A stretch of DNA of 42,025 nucleotides from Planctomycetota bacterium. GTDB taxonomy: Bacteria; Planctomycetota; JACOTG01. Location: the NCBI GenBank assembly GCA_016178505.1, contig JACOTG010000272.1, forward strand, positions 1 through 42,025, read 5' to 3'. Shown here in pieces: positions 8,829 to 17,461 of the stretch. Position numbers and translations under genes: made by a program. Every line of letters begins with the position of its first letter. Position 1 is the first letter of the stretch. The notes under the pieces are model-generated. The model made no database searches and was not told the DNA's origin. It saw only the letters and a list, made by a program, of their open reading frames with translations.

Positions 8829-10166
8829 ATGAATTCCAATTACGCCAAGAGAGGCCTCGTCGTCGGTGTGCTGGCGCTGTCGTCGCCGAGCGCGGCGTTG
8901 AGCCGTCAGGATCGCGGCGCCCCCGACGCCGCCAAGCCCGCGCCCGAAAAGTCCGCGAGCGACGAGTTGATCAAAGCGGGCGAGCGGCCGAACGTCGTGA
9001 AGATGCTCACGGACTACTTCAACGCGAATCGACGAAAGCGCGAAGAGTCGTTCCCGGATCTCGAAAGGAAGCTCGACAAGGCGCTGAAGCCGCTCGGCAT
9101 CGACGATCTCCTGAAGCGACCCGAGGCCCTTCGACTCCTGATCCAGGACACGGTGACGAGAAAGCCGCCGACCGGGAAGGGTCACGTCGTTCCGAACAAG
9201 AAGGCGCAGGTCCAGGGGTCCGAGCGCGCATACGAAGTCGAGTACGCGTACTGTGTGCCGAAGAACTACAACCCGCAGACGACGTACCCGCTCATCCTCG
9301 CGCTTCCGCCGAACGGAGTGGCGGGAGAGAAGTACCTCGAGACGTTCAAGGACGACGGCTTTCGAGACAAGTTCGTGCTCGTCGCGCCGACTCTTCGCGC
9401 CGGCGAGAGCTGGTTCTCCGAGGTCGGACTCATCAAGCTCATCGGCGGAGCGTTGCGGACGGCGCTCGACGATTTCAACGTCGATCCCAATCGCGTCTTC
9501 CTCGACGGCACGGCGGAAGGCGGCGAGGACGCGCTGAAGCTCGGCAGCTCGTATGCGGACTTCTTCGCGGGAGTGATTGCGAGATCGGCGACTCCGAAGA
9601 GCGTCACGGCCGCAAACTTCAAGAACCTCCCGCTCTTCGTCGTCTATGCCGCGGACGATCCGAAGATGAAGGGCGACGCCCTCGGCAAGTTCCTGGGAGA
9701 ACTCGACGCGTTGCACACCAGCGCCGCGGTCGAAAAGACGTCGGGTCGCGATCACGGCGCGTGCGTCGACGCGACGCCGAAGATCCTTGCGTGGCTTGCG
9801 GACAAGACGCGATCGCTCGAGCCCGCGGAGATTCGCTGGTCGACGTCCGAGCCCAAGTACGGTCGCGCCTATTGGCTCACGATCACGAAGATGGAGACGA
9901 GCACCGACGCCGTCGCGCAAGTCTCGGCGAAGGCGGACCGGTCGAAGAATCGCATCGAGATCACGTGCACCGACGTGAACGAGGTCCGCGTCTGCCTGAA
10001 CGACAAGATCGTCGACCTCGGCAAGCCGATCGAAATCACGATCAACGGCAAGCCAGCGTTCAGTGGAAAGAAAGACGGAACGTTCTCTCACGCGCTCGAC
10101 GAGTACCTCCAATCCGGAGACCCGTGCCGCCTGTTCACCGCCAGCATAACGCTCCCCGTCAAGTAA
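8829..10166 (+). CDS. Secreted alpha/beta-hydrolase-fold protein of the esterase / PHB-depolymerase type; I cannot find a canonical GxSxG nucleophile, so it may be non-catalytic
   Basis: Signal peptide MNSNYAKRGLVVGVLALSSPSAALS. The esterase-like core is ..YEVEYAYCVPKNYNPQTTYPLILALPP..FVLVAPT..VFLDGTAEGGEDAL..LPLFVVYAADDP... The ORF-track start at 8448 is read-through of the repeat element. Confidence 0.6.
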   Translation: MNSNYAKRGLVVGVLALSSPSAALSRQDRGAPDAAKPAPEKSASDELIKAGERPNVVKMLTDYFNANRRKREESFPDLERKLDKALKPLGIDDLLKRPEALRLLIQDTVTRKPPTGKGHVVPNKKAQVQGSERAYEVEYAYCVPKNYNPQTTYPLILALPPNGVAGEKYLETFKDDGFRDKFVLVAPTLRAGESWFSEVGLIKLIGGALRTALDDFNVDPNRVFLDGTAEGGEDALKLGSSYADFFAGVIARSATPKSVTAANFKNLPLFVVYAADDPKMKGDALGKFLGELDALHTSAAVEKTSGRDHGACVDATPKILAWLADKTRSLEPAEIRWSTSEPKYGRAYWLTITKMETSTDAVAQVSAKADRSKNRIEITCTDVNEVRVCLNDKIVDLGKPIEITINGKPAFSGKKDGTFSHALDEYLQSGDPCRLFTASITLPVK

Positions 10167-10181
10167 GCACGAGATGGCGCG

Positions 10182-10601
10182 GTGCCCATCGGCGAAAGAG
10201 CTTTTGACGAAGACAAGCCCTGCGAAGAAGGCCCCGCGTTGTTGAAGCGATCACGAACAGCGCGTCCCGACATTGCCATTGGCGTCGTTCTTGCGAAGTG
10301 CGAGTACGAGGCCTGGTTTCTTGCTGCAGCGGAGTCGTTACGAGGAACAGACCGGCTTCGTTCGGATCTGACGTCACCATCTGATCCAGAAGGCGTGACC
10401 GGCGCGAAGGGATGGCTGAGCAGGAACATGCGGGGGAGTTCGTACAGACCGACAGCAGACCACGCAGGCCTGACGCGGGACTTCGACCTCGATCAAGCCT
10501 GGGCGCGCTCTCCCTCCTTCGACAAGTGCCATCGCGAAGTCACTCGCCTGCTCACCGAGTTGCACGAGAAAGCCAAGGAGCAGTCACCGCCCAGCGCCTA
10601 G
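10182..10601 (+). pseudogene. C-terminal fragment of a DUF4276-family protein (its N-terminal region is missing), probably a remnant of a two-gene ATPase + DUF4276 locus
   Basis: ..IAIGVVLAKCEYEAWFLAAAESL.. and ..YRPTADHAGLTRDFDLDQAWARSPSFDKCHREV.. resemble the conserved HEFEAxLF and C-terminal motifs of DUF4276 as I remember them. The ORF begins 15 nt after the upstream stop and has no partner ATPase gene. It is compositionally lower in GC than its neighbours. Confidence 0.4.
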
Positions 10602-11986
10602 CCGTCCCCGCGCTCCGGGCAGTGCTTGCGGTAGTAGTGGCGGAACTGGTGATACGACATGCCGAGTGCGCGCGCGGCCGCCGACTGATTGCCGCCGGCG
10701 TCGCGTAGTGCGTCCTGGATCAAGCGCTTCTCGAGATCGTCGCATTGCGCTTTGAACGTGCCCGAGGCCGGCGCGTCGACGTCGTCGCTCGGGAGGTCGA
10801 TGTCCTCGGGCGCGATCTCGGGGCCGGTCTCGCGGTAGACCGCGCGCTCGATGAGGTTCTTCAGCTCGCGCACATTGCCGGGGAATCGATAGCGCTTGAG
10901 GCTCGCGAGCGCGGCGTCCGACAGCTTGCGGCCGGAAAGCGCCGGCACCTCGCGCTGGAATCGCTCGAGGAAATGGCGCGCGAGGAACTCCACGTCGTCC
11001 GGCCGCTCGCGGAGCGGCGGAATGTGGATGACCTCGAACGCGAGGCGGTCGTAGAGGTCGCGCAGGAACGTGCCCTCGCGCATCTTCGCTTCGAGGTCGG
11101 CGTTCGTGGCCGCAACGATGCGGACGTCGACGCGCACCTCAACGGCGCCGCCGACTCGCGAGAACGCGCCATACTCGACGACGCGCAGGATCTTCTGTTG
11201 GAACGCGAGCGACGTGGTGCCGATCTCGTCGAGGAAGAGCGTGCCGCCGTCGGCTTGCTCGAACTTGCCCGGCACGGTGGCGGCCGCGCCGGTGAACGCA
11301 CCGCGCTCGTGTCCGAAGAGCTCGCTTTCGAGGAGCGAATCGGCGAACGCCGCGCAGTTCACCACAACGATCGGCCGATCCGCACGAGCCGACGCGTCAT
11401 GGATGAGCCGCGCGACCAGCTCCTTGCCGGTGCCGCGCTCGCCGGTGACGAGCACGGGCCGCGGAATCGCGGCGACGCGCCGTGCCCGCTCCAGCACGCG
11501 CGCGATCTCCGGTGACGAACCGACGATCTCCCAGCGCTCATGCTCGCCGGCGCTGAGGCGGCGGTTCTGCTGCGTGAGCACGCGGTTCGTGGCGATGAGT
11601 CGCAGCATGCGCCGGATCTTCCCGAGCTGCGTGGCGACTCGCTCGGGGAGCGGATGGCGCCTCACGAGGAAGTCGGTGGCGCCGTCGGCGATCGCGCGAG
11701 CCGCGGAATCGACGTTGCCCTCGGCCGCGACGCCGACGATCGGAAGATCGCGATCGAGCGCGCGAATCTCTCGAAGCACTTCGGTGCCGCTCTGCCGCCC
11801 ATCGCCGAGGAAAGTGTCGACGACCACGAGGTCGCACGGCGCATTCGATCGCAGCCGCGCGAGGAGATCGGCCGCGGACGAAACGCACTCGACCGTCGCA
11901 CCCGGGCTCAACGCGGAGCGGAACGCCTCGGCAAGCTCGCGGAGATCGCCGGCCGGCGTGTCCACGATCAGCACGTTTCGCAGCAT
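10598..11986 (-). CDS. Sigma-54-dependent two-component response regulator (NtrC family: REC + AAA+ sigma-54 activator + Fis-type HTH)
   Basis: The start is MLRNVLIVDTPAG.. (REC, ..DLVVVDTFLGDG..). The AAA+ domain has GERGTGKE (Walker A), the GAFTGA sigma-54 contact motif and ..GTLFLDEIG... The C-terminal HTH is ..QSAAARALGMSYHQFRHY... The upstream extension of ORF 10598..15577 is non-coding and antisense. Confidence 0.9.
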   Translation of the reverse strand: MLRNVLIVDTPAGDLRELAEAFRSALSPGATVECVSSAADLLARLRSNAPCDLVVVDTFLGDGRQSGTEVLREIRALDRDLPIVGVAAEGNVDSAARAIADGATDFLVRRHPLPERVATQLGKIRRMLRLIATNRVLTQQNRRLSAGEHERWEIVGSSPEIARVLERARRVAAIPRPVLVTGERGTGKELVARLIHDASARADRPIVVVNCAAFADSLLESELFGHERGAFTGAAATVPGKFEQADGGTLFLDEIGTTSLAFQQKILRVVEYGAFSRVGGAVEVRVDVRIVAATNADLEAKMREGTFLRDLYDRLAFEVIHIPPLRERPDDVEFLARHFLERFQREVPALSGRKLSDAALASLKRYRFPGNVRELKNLIERAVYRETGPEIAPEDIDLPSDDVDAPASGTFKAQCDDLEKRLIQDALRDAGGNQSAAARALGMSYHQFRHYYRKHCPERGDG

Positions 11987-12220
11987 GAGACTTTGCGCCA
12001 AGGCCTGGTCCTTTTCGCGAGATGGAATCGACGAGGCGCCGATCATACCGCGGCAATTCGCGCGATTCTCGCGCGTCGCGCCATCGGCACGCGATTCGAG
12101 TCTCTTGGACTCCCGAAGTCCGACCGTTCCGGTTGTGGCGGTCGCCACGACGAGGCCGCTGCGTTCGCTCGCATCGAGCGACTCGATGCGAGCGACGGGC
12201 ACGAAGAAAGGCAGGCAGCC

Positions 12221-14290
12221 ATGAACACTGGAATACTGATCCTCGAAATCGTCGGTGGGATCGTCGTCGGGAGCTGGATCGTTTCCGTGCTCCTCGGCGT
12301 TCGGTACATCCCGCACGACAAGGTCGGCATCGTCGAGAAGCTCTGGTCGCGCACGGGCTCGCTCGGCGAAGGCCGGATCGTCGCGCTCGACGACAAGGCG
12401 GGCTTCCAGTCGGGCGTGCTGCGCGGTGGATTTCACGGCGGGTACTTCCTGTGGCAATACCGCGTGCATCGCGTGCCGCTCGTCATGGTGCCCGAGGGCC
12501 AAGTGGCCTACGTCTACGCGCGCGACGGACACCCGCTCGAGCCGACTCAAACCCTCGGCCGCGTGGTCGACGGCAACTGTTTCCAGGACGCGGTTGCGTT
12601 TCTCGTGAAAGGCGGGCAGCGCGGCCGGCAGCGCGCGATCCTGCGCGAGGGCCTTTACGCGATCAACTTGGCGCTGTTCGTCGTGCTCACGGCGGACCGC
12701 ACGTATGGCGGACCAATCCGCGATCGCGAAGACGGCAAGTTCGACGATTGGCGAAAGGAGCTGGCGAAGCTCGACGGCTTCCGCCCGGTGTTGATCGGGC
12801 AAGGCGGCACCGAAGTGGCGCCCGGTGGCGACACGACGTTCGGCGGCGACTCGACGGTGAGCGCGAGTGACACGATCGGCGTCGTCACCGTGCAAGACGG
12901 GCCGCCGCTCGCGCCCGGCGAGATCATTGCGCCTGAAGTGCAGGCGAAGGAGGGACAACGCGATCACAGTTACTTCCAAGATCCCGAGGCGTTTCTCGCG
13001 CTCGGCGGACGGCGCGGCATGCAGCTTCAAGTGCTGACGAACGGCACGTTCTTCATCAACCGGTGGTTCGCGAGCGTGCAGACGAAGCCGAAGACGGTGA
13101 TCCCGATCGGCTTCGTCGGAGTGGTCGTCTCGTACCACGGCGGTCCGGGCGAGGACGTCACGGGACTGTCTTTCCGCTACGGCGAGCAAGTCGAGCCGGG
13201 GCATCGCGGCGTGTGGAAGCGCGCGCTGCCGCCGGGCAAGTACCCGCTCAACCCGTACGCGCTCAAAGTGGAGCTGGTGCCGACGGTGAACTTCGTGCTT
13301 CGGTGGATCACGGGACAAGTGGAGGCGCATCGGTACGACGCCGACCTCGAGTCGATCGAGCTGATCACGGCCGACGGCTACGAGCCGGTGTTGCCACTGT
13401 CGCTCGTGCTTCACATCGACTACGAGAAGGCTCCGTCGGTCATCCAGCGATTCGGAGACGTGAAGCGGCTCATCAGCCAGACGCTCGACCCGATCCTGTC
13501 GTCGTACTTCCGCGACGTGGCGCAATCCACGAACATGCTCGAGCTCCTCACGCATCGCGAGGAGATCCAGGCGCGGGCGACGTCCGAGTTGGGCCGGCGC
13601 TTCCAGGCGTACGACATCAACTGCATCGCCGTCCTCATCGGGCGACCGCAGTCGAAGGAGGTGAACGGTGAAGACCCGATCGAGAAGCTCTTCGAGCAGC
13701 TTCGCCAGCGGCGGCTCGCCGAAGAGCAGATCCAGACGTTCGCACGGCAGCAAGACGCGGCGGCGAAGCTGCGCGAGCTGAACGACGCCCGTGCGGCGGC
13801 CGAGAAGCAAACCGAACTCACGCAAACGCGCATCGACGTCGAGGTCGCGGGCAACCGCGGCGAGGCCCATCTCGCCGAGGCGAGGAGCCTCGCGAAGCGA
13901 GACGTCACGCGAGCCGAAGGCGAATCGAAGTCGCGGGAGTTGATCGGTCGCGGCGAGGCGTCGAAGATCGCGTCGATCGGAATGTCCGAAGCGGCCGTGT
14001 TCTTGCAGAAGATCCAAGCGTTTCGCGACCCGCGACTCTTCGCGCTGTCGTCGCTCGGCGACCAGATGACAAAGAGCACGCAGCCCCTCGTCCCGGAGCG
14101 TCTCGCGATGCTCGGCGGAGGCGAGAACGGCAACGGCGGCATGGACGCAGGCGGCCTCTTCGGCCGGTTGATCGCGATGATGCTCGCGGAGCGCGCAGGC
14201 GTCGACATCGGCGAGAAGGGCGGCAGCTCGGACGAGCTGCGCGCCTACGCCGAGGACTTGATGAAGAAGTCGACAGCGCAGTCCGACTGA
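12221..14290 (+). CDS. Flotillin-like SPFH/band-7 domain membrane protein (YqiK/FloT-like)
   Basis: MNTGILILEIVGGIVVGSWIVSVLLGV is the N-terminal TM. It is followed by an SPFH domain and a long Ala/Glu/Arg-rich coiled coil (..EEQIQTFARQQDAAAKLRELNDARAAAEKQTELTQTRIDVEVAGNRGEAHLAEARSLAKRD..). The gene is divergent from the sigma-54 regulator. Confidence 0.8.
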   Translation: MNTGILILEIVGGIVVGSWIVSVLLGVRYIPHDKVGIVEKLWSRTGSLGEGRIVALDDKAGFQSGVLRGGFHGGYFLWQYRVHRVPLVMVPEGQVAYVYARDGHPLEPTQTLGRVVDGNCFQDAVAFLVKGGQRGRQRAILREGLYAINLALFVVLTADRTYGGPIRDREDGKFDDWRKELAKLDGFRPVLIGQGGTEVAPGGDTTFGGDSTVSASDTIGVVTVQDGPPLAPGEIIAPEVQAKEGQRDHSYFQDPEAFLALGGRRGMQLQVLTNGTFFINRWFASVQTKPKTVIPIGFVGVVVSYHGGPGEDVTGLSFRYGEQVEPGHRGVWKRALPPGKYPLNPYALKVELVPTVNFVLRWITGQVEAHRYDADLESIELITADGYEPVLPLSLVLHIDYEKAPSVIQRFGDVKRLISQTLDPILSSYFRDVAQSTNMLELLTHREEIQARATSELGRRFQAYDINCIAVLIGRPQSKEVNGEDPIEKLFEQLRQRRLAEEQIQTFARQQDAAAKLRELNDARAAAEKQTELTQTRIDVEVAGNRGEAHLAEARSLAKRDVTRAEGESKSRELIGRGEASKIASIGMSEAAVFLQKIQAFRDPRLFALSSLGDQMTKSTQPLVPERLAMLGGGENGNGGMDAGGLFGRLIAMMLAERAGVDIGEKGGSSDELRAYAEDLMKKSTAQSD

Positions 14291-14304
14291 GTCGTAAATC
14301 TCGA

Positions 14305-14340
14305 GCGCGTGCCGGCGGCCTTCGAGTCGCCGGCACGCGC
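14305..14340. terminator. Perfect 13-bp inverted repeat hairpin (GCGCGTGCCGGCG-N10-CGCCGGCACGCGC) between convergent genes; candidate bidirectional intrinsic terminator
   Basis: It sits 15 nt after the flotillin stop and about 95 nt from the stop of the convergent minus-strand gene. There is no strong U-tract on either side, so termination efficiency is uncertain. Confidence 0.45.
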
Positions 14341-14433
14341 CATTCCATCGGCGCCTCGCTCGGGCCGCCGAACCCTTCGATGCCGGCTCCGACCCGACCC
14401 GCCGAATCGCCGTGTGTCCAGTCGGACGCCGTG

Positions 14434-15615
14434 CTACTGAATGACGCACTCCACGAAGTCGTCGTCGATCAGCATCGTGGTGCCGCGACGGAAGATCTTG
14501 GCCACCACGAACAACGGAACGCCGACGATCTGCGGCGAAACGTGGGTCGGGATGCGCCGGGAAAGCGTTGCCGTGAAGACGGTGCCCGGCGGGACGACCC
14601 CGCTTCGCGGTCCGGCCATCGTTGCGACGAATTGCCCCGTGGCACGGTAGACGTCGATCTGTCCGGTGATCTGGACGTTGGAGTTCGTGTGGCTTTCCAC
14701 TCGAACGCCCATCGCGAAGTTCGAGTTGCGCGGACCGACGCGCGCAAGCGGCGTGCACAGGACTTCCACGATCGGCATCGGCGACGTCACCGAGAACGGC
14801 GTCGCGACCCAAGCCACCGAATCGCCGTTGGTCGGCCGAACGATGGTGGTCTGGACGGACGTGGCACCGGGCGGGACGTTCGACGCCTGCGTCGGGTAGT
14901 TGTCGTTGTCCCACAGCTCGACGCCCGCCGGGGGCGTGCTGCCGTCGAGCGTGTTCACGAAGACCCCAGTGGTCCCGAAAACCGTGAAGTCGGCGAGCGC
15001 CGCTTGTCCGTCGGCAACGATGAACGCCACCGCCGCGCCGGTCACGGGGCTCGTCGCCTGGAAGCCCGTGAGGGTTTGCATCACGCTTGGCGAAGCCGCA
15101 TTCACGGTGGCGTTGCCGTCCACGATGACGATGTCGCGATTGGCGAACGCAGTGTTCATCCAGATCAGCACGAGGCTTGCGCCTTCGGCGGCGGGCGAAA
15201 ACCCGCTGAGCGTGAACTGACCGTTGCCGCCGGGGAGGGGAATCGAACTCGTCACGTCCGCGAAGTAGGAGTAATTCGCGGCCTGCGGCTGATCGAGTTG
15301 CCCGCCCGATCCGATCAGCGTGCCGACGATGGCGTTTCCCATGAAGACGCCGAGATTGGCTCCCGCGGGAGGCCCCGACGGATCGCCGAGGACGTCCCAA
15401 TAGAGGTAGGCGCTCTTCACCGCCGATCCGGGGCTCGTCGGAACGGTGATGATCGAGATCTGGCCGGAACCGGTCCCGAAGAGCGCCGTGCCGTCGACGG
15501 CGTAGTTGCCGCGAAGGTCGTGCACGACGATGCGCGGCTGAAGCGGCTGGGCTCGGCCGGACGCCGCGAGCAGCCATGAGAACCAGAGCAACGATACGAC
15601 CCGCTTCGCTCGCAT
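14434..15615 (-). CDS. Secreted hypothetical protein (393 aa), Gly/Thr/Val-rich and predicted beta-rich
   Basis: Signal peptide MRAKRVVSLLWFSWLLAASGRAQP. The low-Arg, high-Thr/Gly/Val composition contrasts with antisense shadow ORFs. I recognise no family. Confidence 0.6.
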   Translation of the reverse strand: MRAKRVVSLLWFSWLLAASGRAQPLQPRIVVHDLRGNYAVDGTALFGTGSGQISIITVPTSPGSAVKSAYLYWDVLGDPSGPPAGANLGVFMGNAIVGTLIGSGGQLDQPQAANYSYFADVTSSIPLPGGNGQFTLSGFSPAAEGASLVLIWMNTAFANRDIVIVDGNATVNAASPSVMQTLTGFQATSPVTGAAVAFIVADGQAALADFTVFGTTGVFVNTLDGSTPPAGVELWDNDNYPTQASNVPPGATSVQTTIVRPTNGDSVAWVATPFSVTSPMPIVEVLCTPLARVGPRNSNFAMGVRVESHTNSNVQITGQIDVYRATGQFVATMAGPRSGVVPPGTVFTATLSRRIPTHVSPQIVGVPLFVVAKIFRRGTTMLIDDDFVECVIQ

Positions 15616-15782
15616 GACGATCTCCTCTCCCTCCGTTCGATGGGCTAAACGCTCGACGTCGGGCTTCGCTTCAACGTCAGAGGGTAATCGATGAATCGAG
15701 CCATCGCGAGCGGGCTGATGCCAATCCGCGGACGTGTGACGCGTCTTGCGTCATTGGCGCCGGCCCCGTAAGCTCGCTCCGC

Positions 15783-15998
15783 ATGGCGAGCATCAAATTC
15801 ACGGCGGTCTTTGAACGACACGGGCGCTGGTACGTTGGCTACGTCCCTGAAGTGCCGGGTGTTCACAGCCAAGAACGGACGCTTGCCGCCACCCGCAAAA
15901 GTCTCGTTTCCGCTCTTCGCGAGTTGGCGGTGATCGACCCGAAGTTCGTCAGGCGCTCGCGGCGAATCGAGCAGCTCGAGATCCAGCTCTCCTCTTGA
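15783..15998 (+). CDS. hicB: HicB-like (UPF0150 / RNase-H-fold) antitoxin, short form of 71 aa
   Basis: ..FTAVFERHGRWYVGYVPEVPGVHSQERTLAATRKSLVSALREL.. matches the HicB N-terminal domain pattern (Y-x-a-x-vP-d/e-l-pG..tqG.T.eEA). Its stop overlaps the hicA start by 4 nt (ATGA). Confidence 0.6.
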   Translation: MASIKFTAVFERHGRWYVGYVPEVPGVHSQERTLAATRKSLVSALRELAVIDPKFVRRSRRIEQLEIQLSS

Positions 15999-16186
15999 AG
16001 CGGCGCGACCTGATCCATCATCTCGAAGAGAACAACTGCCGATTCGTTCGAGAGGGCGCCAAACACTCGTGGTACGCCGCGCCCGACGGTCACTCGTACT
16101 CGGCAATTCCTCGCCATCGCGAGATCGTCGACTTCCTGGTCCGCAAGATCTGTCGCGAACTCGGTGTGCCGGATCCGCAGCGATAG
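15995..16186 (+). CDS. hicA: HicA family mRNA interferase toxin (YcfA-like)
   Basis: The 63-aa sequence MKRRDLIHHLEENNCRFVREGAKHSWYAAPDGHSYSAIPRHREIVDFLVRKICRELGV fits the HicA pattern (kel.k.L...G......kGSH..y.....g...t.P.H..e...g.....l...g). Confidence 0.75.
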   Translation: MKRRDLIHHLEENNCRFVREGAKHSWYAAPDGHSYSAIPRHREIVDFLVRKICRELGVPDPQR

Positions 16187-16445
16187 TCGGAACAGTCGTC
16201 CGTCATTCCGACCTCGACCCGTTGCGCCGGCGTCGCTCCTCGCCAATGCCGCCGGCGATTCCATCGCGCGCCAGGATTCGCCCGACTTCTCGTGCGACTT
16301 CGAGGATGGGCCCGCGCTCGTGCAAGAACTGCAGAGCTGCGTTCACAGATGCCGTCGCCGACATGCGGCCAAGCCAACAGAATCAGTCGCATGAGTTGCG
16401 TTGCCGGTCGAGGACGCGTAGCCTTCAGGTTCGGAAGAGGAACGC

Positions 16446-17402
16446 ATGATCAAGAGTCGCCTCGACGAACTCGTCGCGAAGTTTGGCGACATGGGGTATC
16501 GGTTCAAGAGCTTCACGATGGCGGAGGAGGGGGACTACGCCGTCGACGATGCGAGCTGGAACTACAAGGACATCATCCATCTGAAGTACGTCCATCACCT
16601 CGTCGACGCCTATCCGTCGCTGGTGACGCAGGAAGTCCTCGCGACCCTCTATCACCAGCGGGTGCTCGGCATGCGGCTTCCGCTGACGCTCGTGAACTAC
16701 ATCCCCGAGGCGAACCGGCAGACCTACCACACGAGCTTCTTCTTCTTCGTGATCATCGTCGAGACGCACTTCGAGGCGCTCGGCCCGCTGCGAACGCGCG
16801 TCGTGACCGAGTATGCGCTTGGCGCGAAGCCCTTCCTGCTCGCGCTCTTCTTTCCGCTCTTCCGCTGGTCGATCAAGCACAACTACAAAGACCTCATGAA
16901 GGGCGATGTCGCGATGCGCGAGCGCCGCGGCGAGCTGCGTCGCTGGGGCTACGACTTCTTCCACGACCCGGGCGAGCGCGGCTTTTGGGAATGCTCGACG
17001 CTCGAGCGCATGAACGTGATCGTGCCGACGCGACGCCCTACACCGGAGCTGGCGCGCATCCCGCTGGCGATGATCCCGCACGGCGCGATGCTCAAGGTCG
17101 GCGAGTCCGACCACTACGGCCTGCAGCTCACGCTTCGCGACGGCCGCGTCGAGGCCTTCGCGCGGCTCTGCCTTCACGAAGGATCGTGCCTCGACGTCGA
17201 GTCGCGCCCGGCGTCGGGCGCCATCGAGTGTCCGTGGCACGGGCTCTTGGCGCCGCCGCTCGCGTCGCTGCCGATCGGCGGCAAGCCGGCCATCGTCGAA
17301 ACGAAGTGGCACCGCTTCGAGCTGACGTCCGGCGAGCTCGTCATCCAATTCCGCGAGACGTCGCCGTCGTCGGCCCCGACGAAACACGCCACCGCGAGCT
17401 GA
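16446..17402 (+). CDS. Rieske [2Fe-2S] domain protein with an N-terminal domain of unknown function
   Basis: A C-terminal Rieske motif CLHEGSC-x15-IECPWHG (CxH-x17-CxxH) is present. The N-terminal 220 aa are not recognised. Confidence 0.6.
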   Translation: MIKSRLDELVAKFGDMGYRFKSFTMAEEGDYAVDDASWNYKDIIHLKYVHHLVDAYPSLVTQEVLATLYHQRVLGMRLPLTLVNYIPEANRQTYHTSFFFFVIIVETHFEALGPLRTRVVTEYALGAKPFLLALFFPLFRWSIKHNYKDLMKGDVAMRERRGELRRWGYDFFHDPGERGFWECSTLERMNVIVPTRRPTPELARIPLAMIPHGAMLKVGESDHYGLQLTLRDGRVEAFARLCLHEGSCLDVESRPASGAIECPWHGLLAPPLASLPIGGKPAIVETKWHRFELTSGELVIQFRETSPSSAPTKHATAS

Positions 17403-17461
17403 GCACGCTCTCGGCGTGCGATCTCGAATCACGCCCCTCGCGCAGCCGAGCGCGCGGACGA

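Noticed and set aside
11987-12220. Sigma-54 (-24/-12) promoter upstream of the flotillin gene
   Set aside because: The best candidates are cGGCACgcgattCGAg, and GGCACGaagaaaGGCA whose GC is one position out of register. Neither matches TGGCAC-N5-TTGC, so I do not call it.
11987-15577. Upstream 1196-codon extension of the ORF containing the sigma-54 regulator (10598..15577, 1659 aa)
   Set aside because: Only the last 463 codons (from MLRNVLIVD at 11986) look like protein. The extension is Arg-rich and runs antisense through the flotillin gene and the secreted-protein gene.
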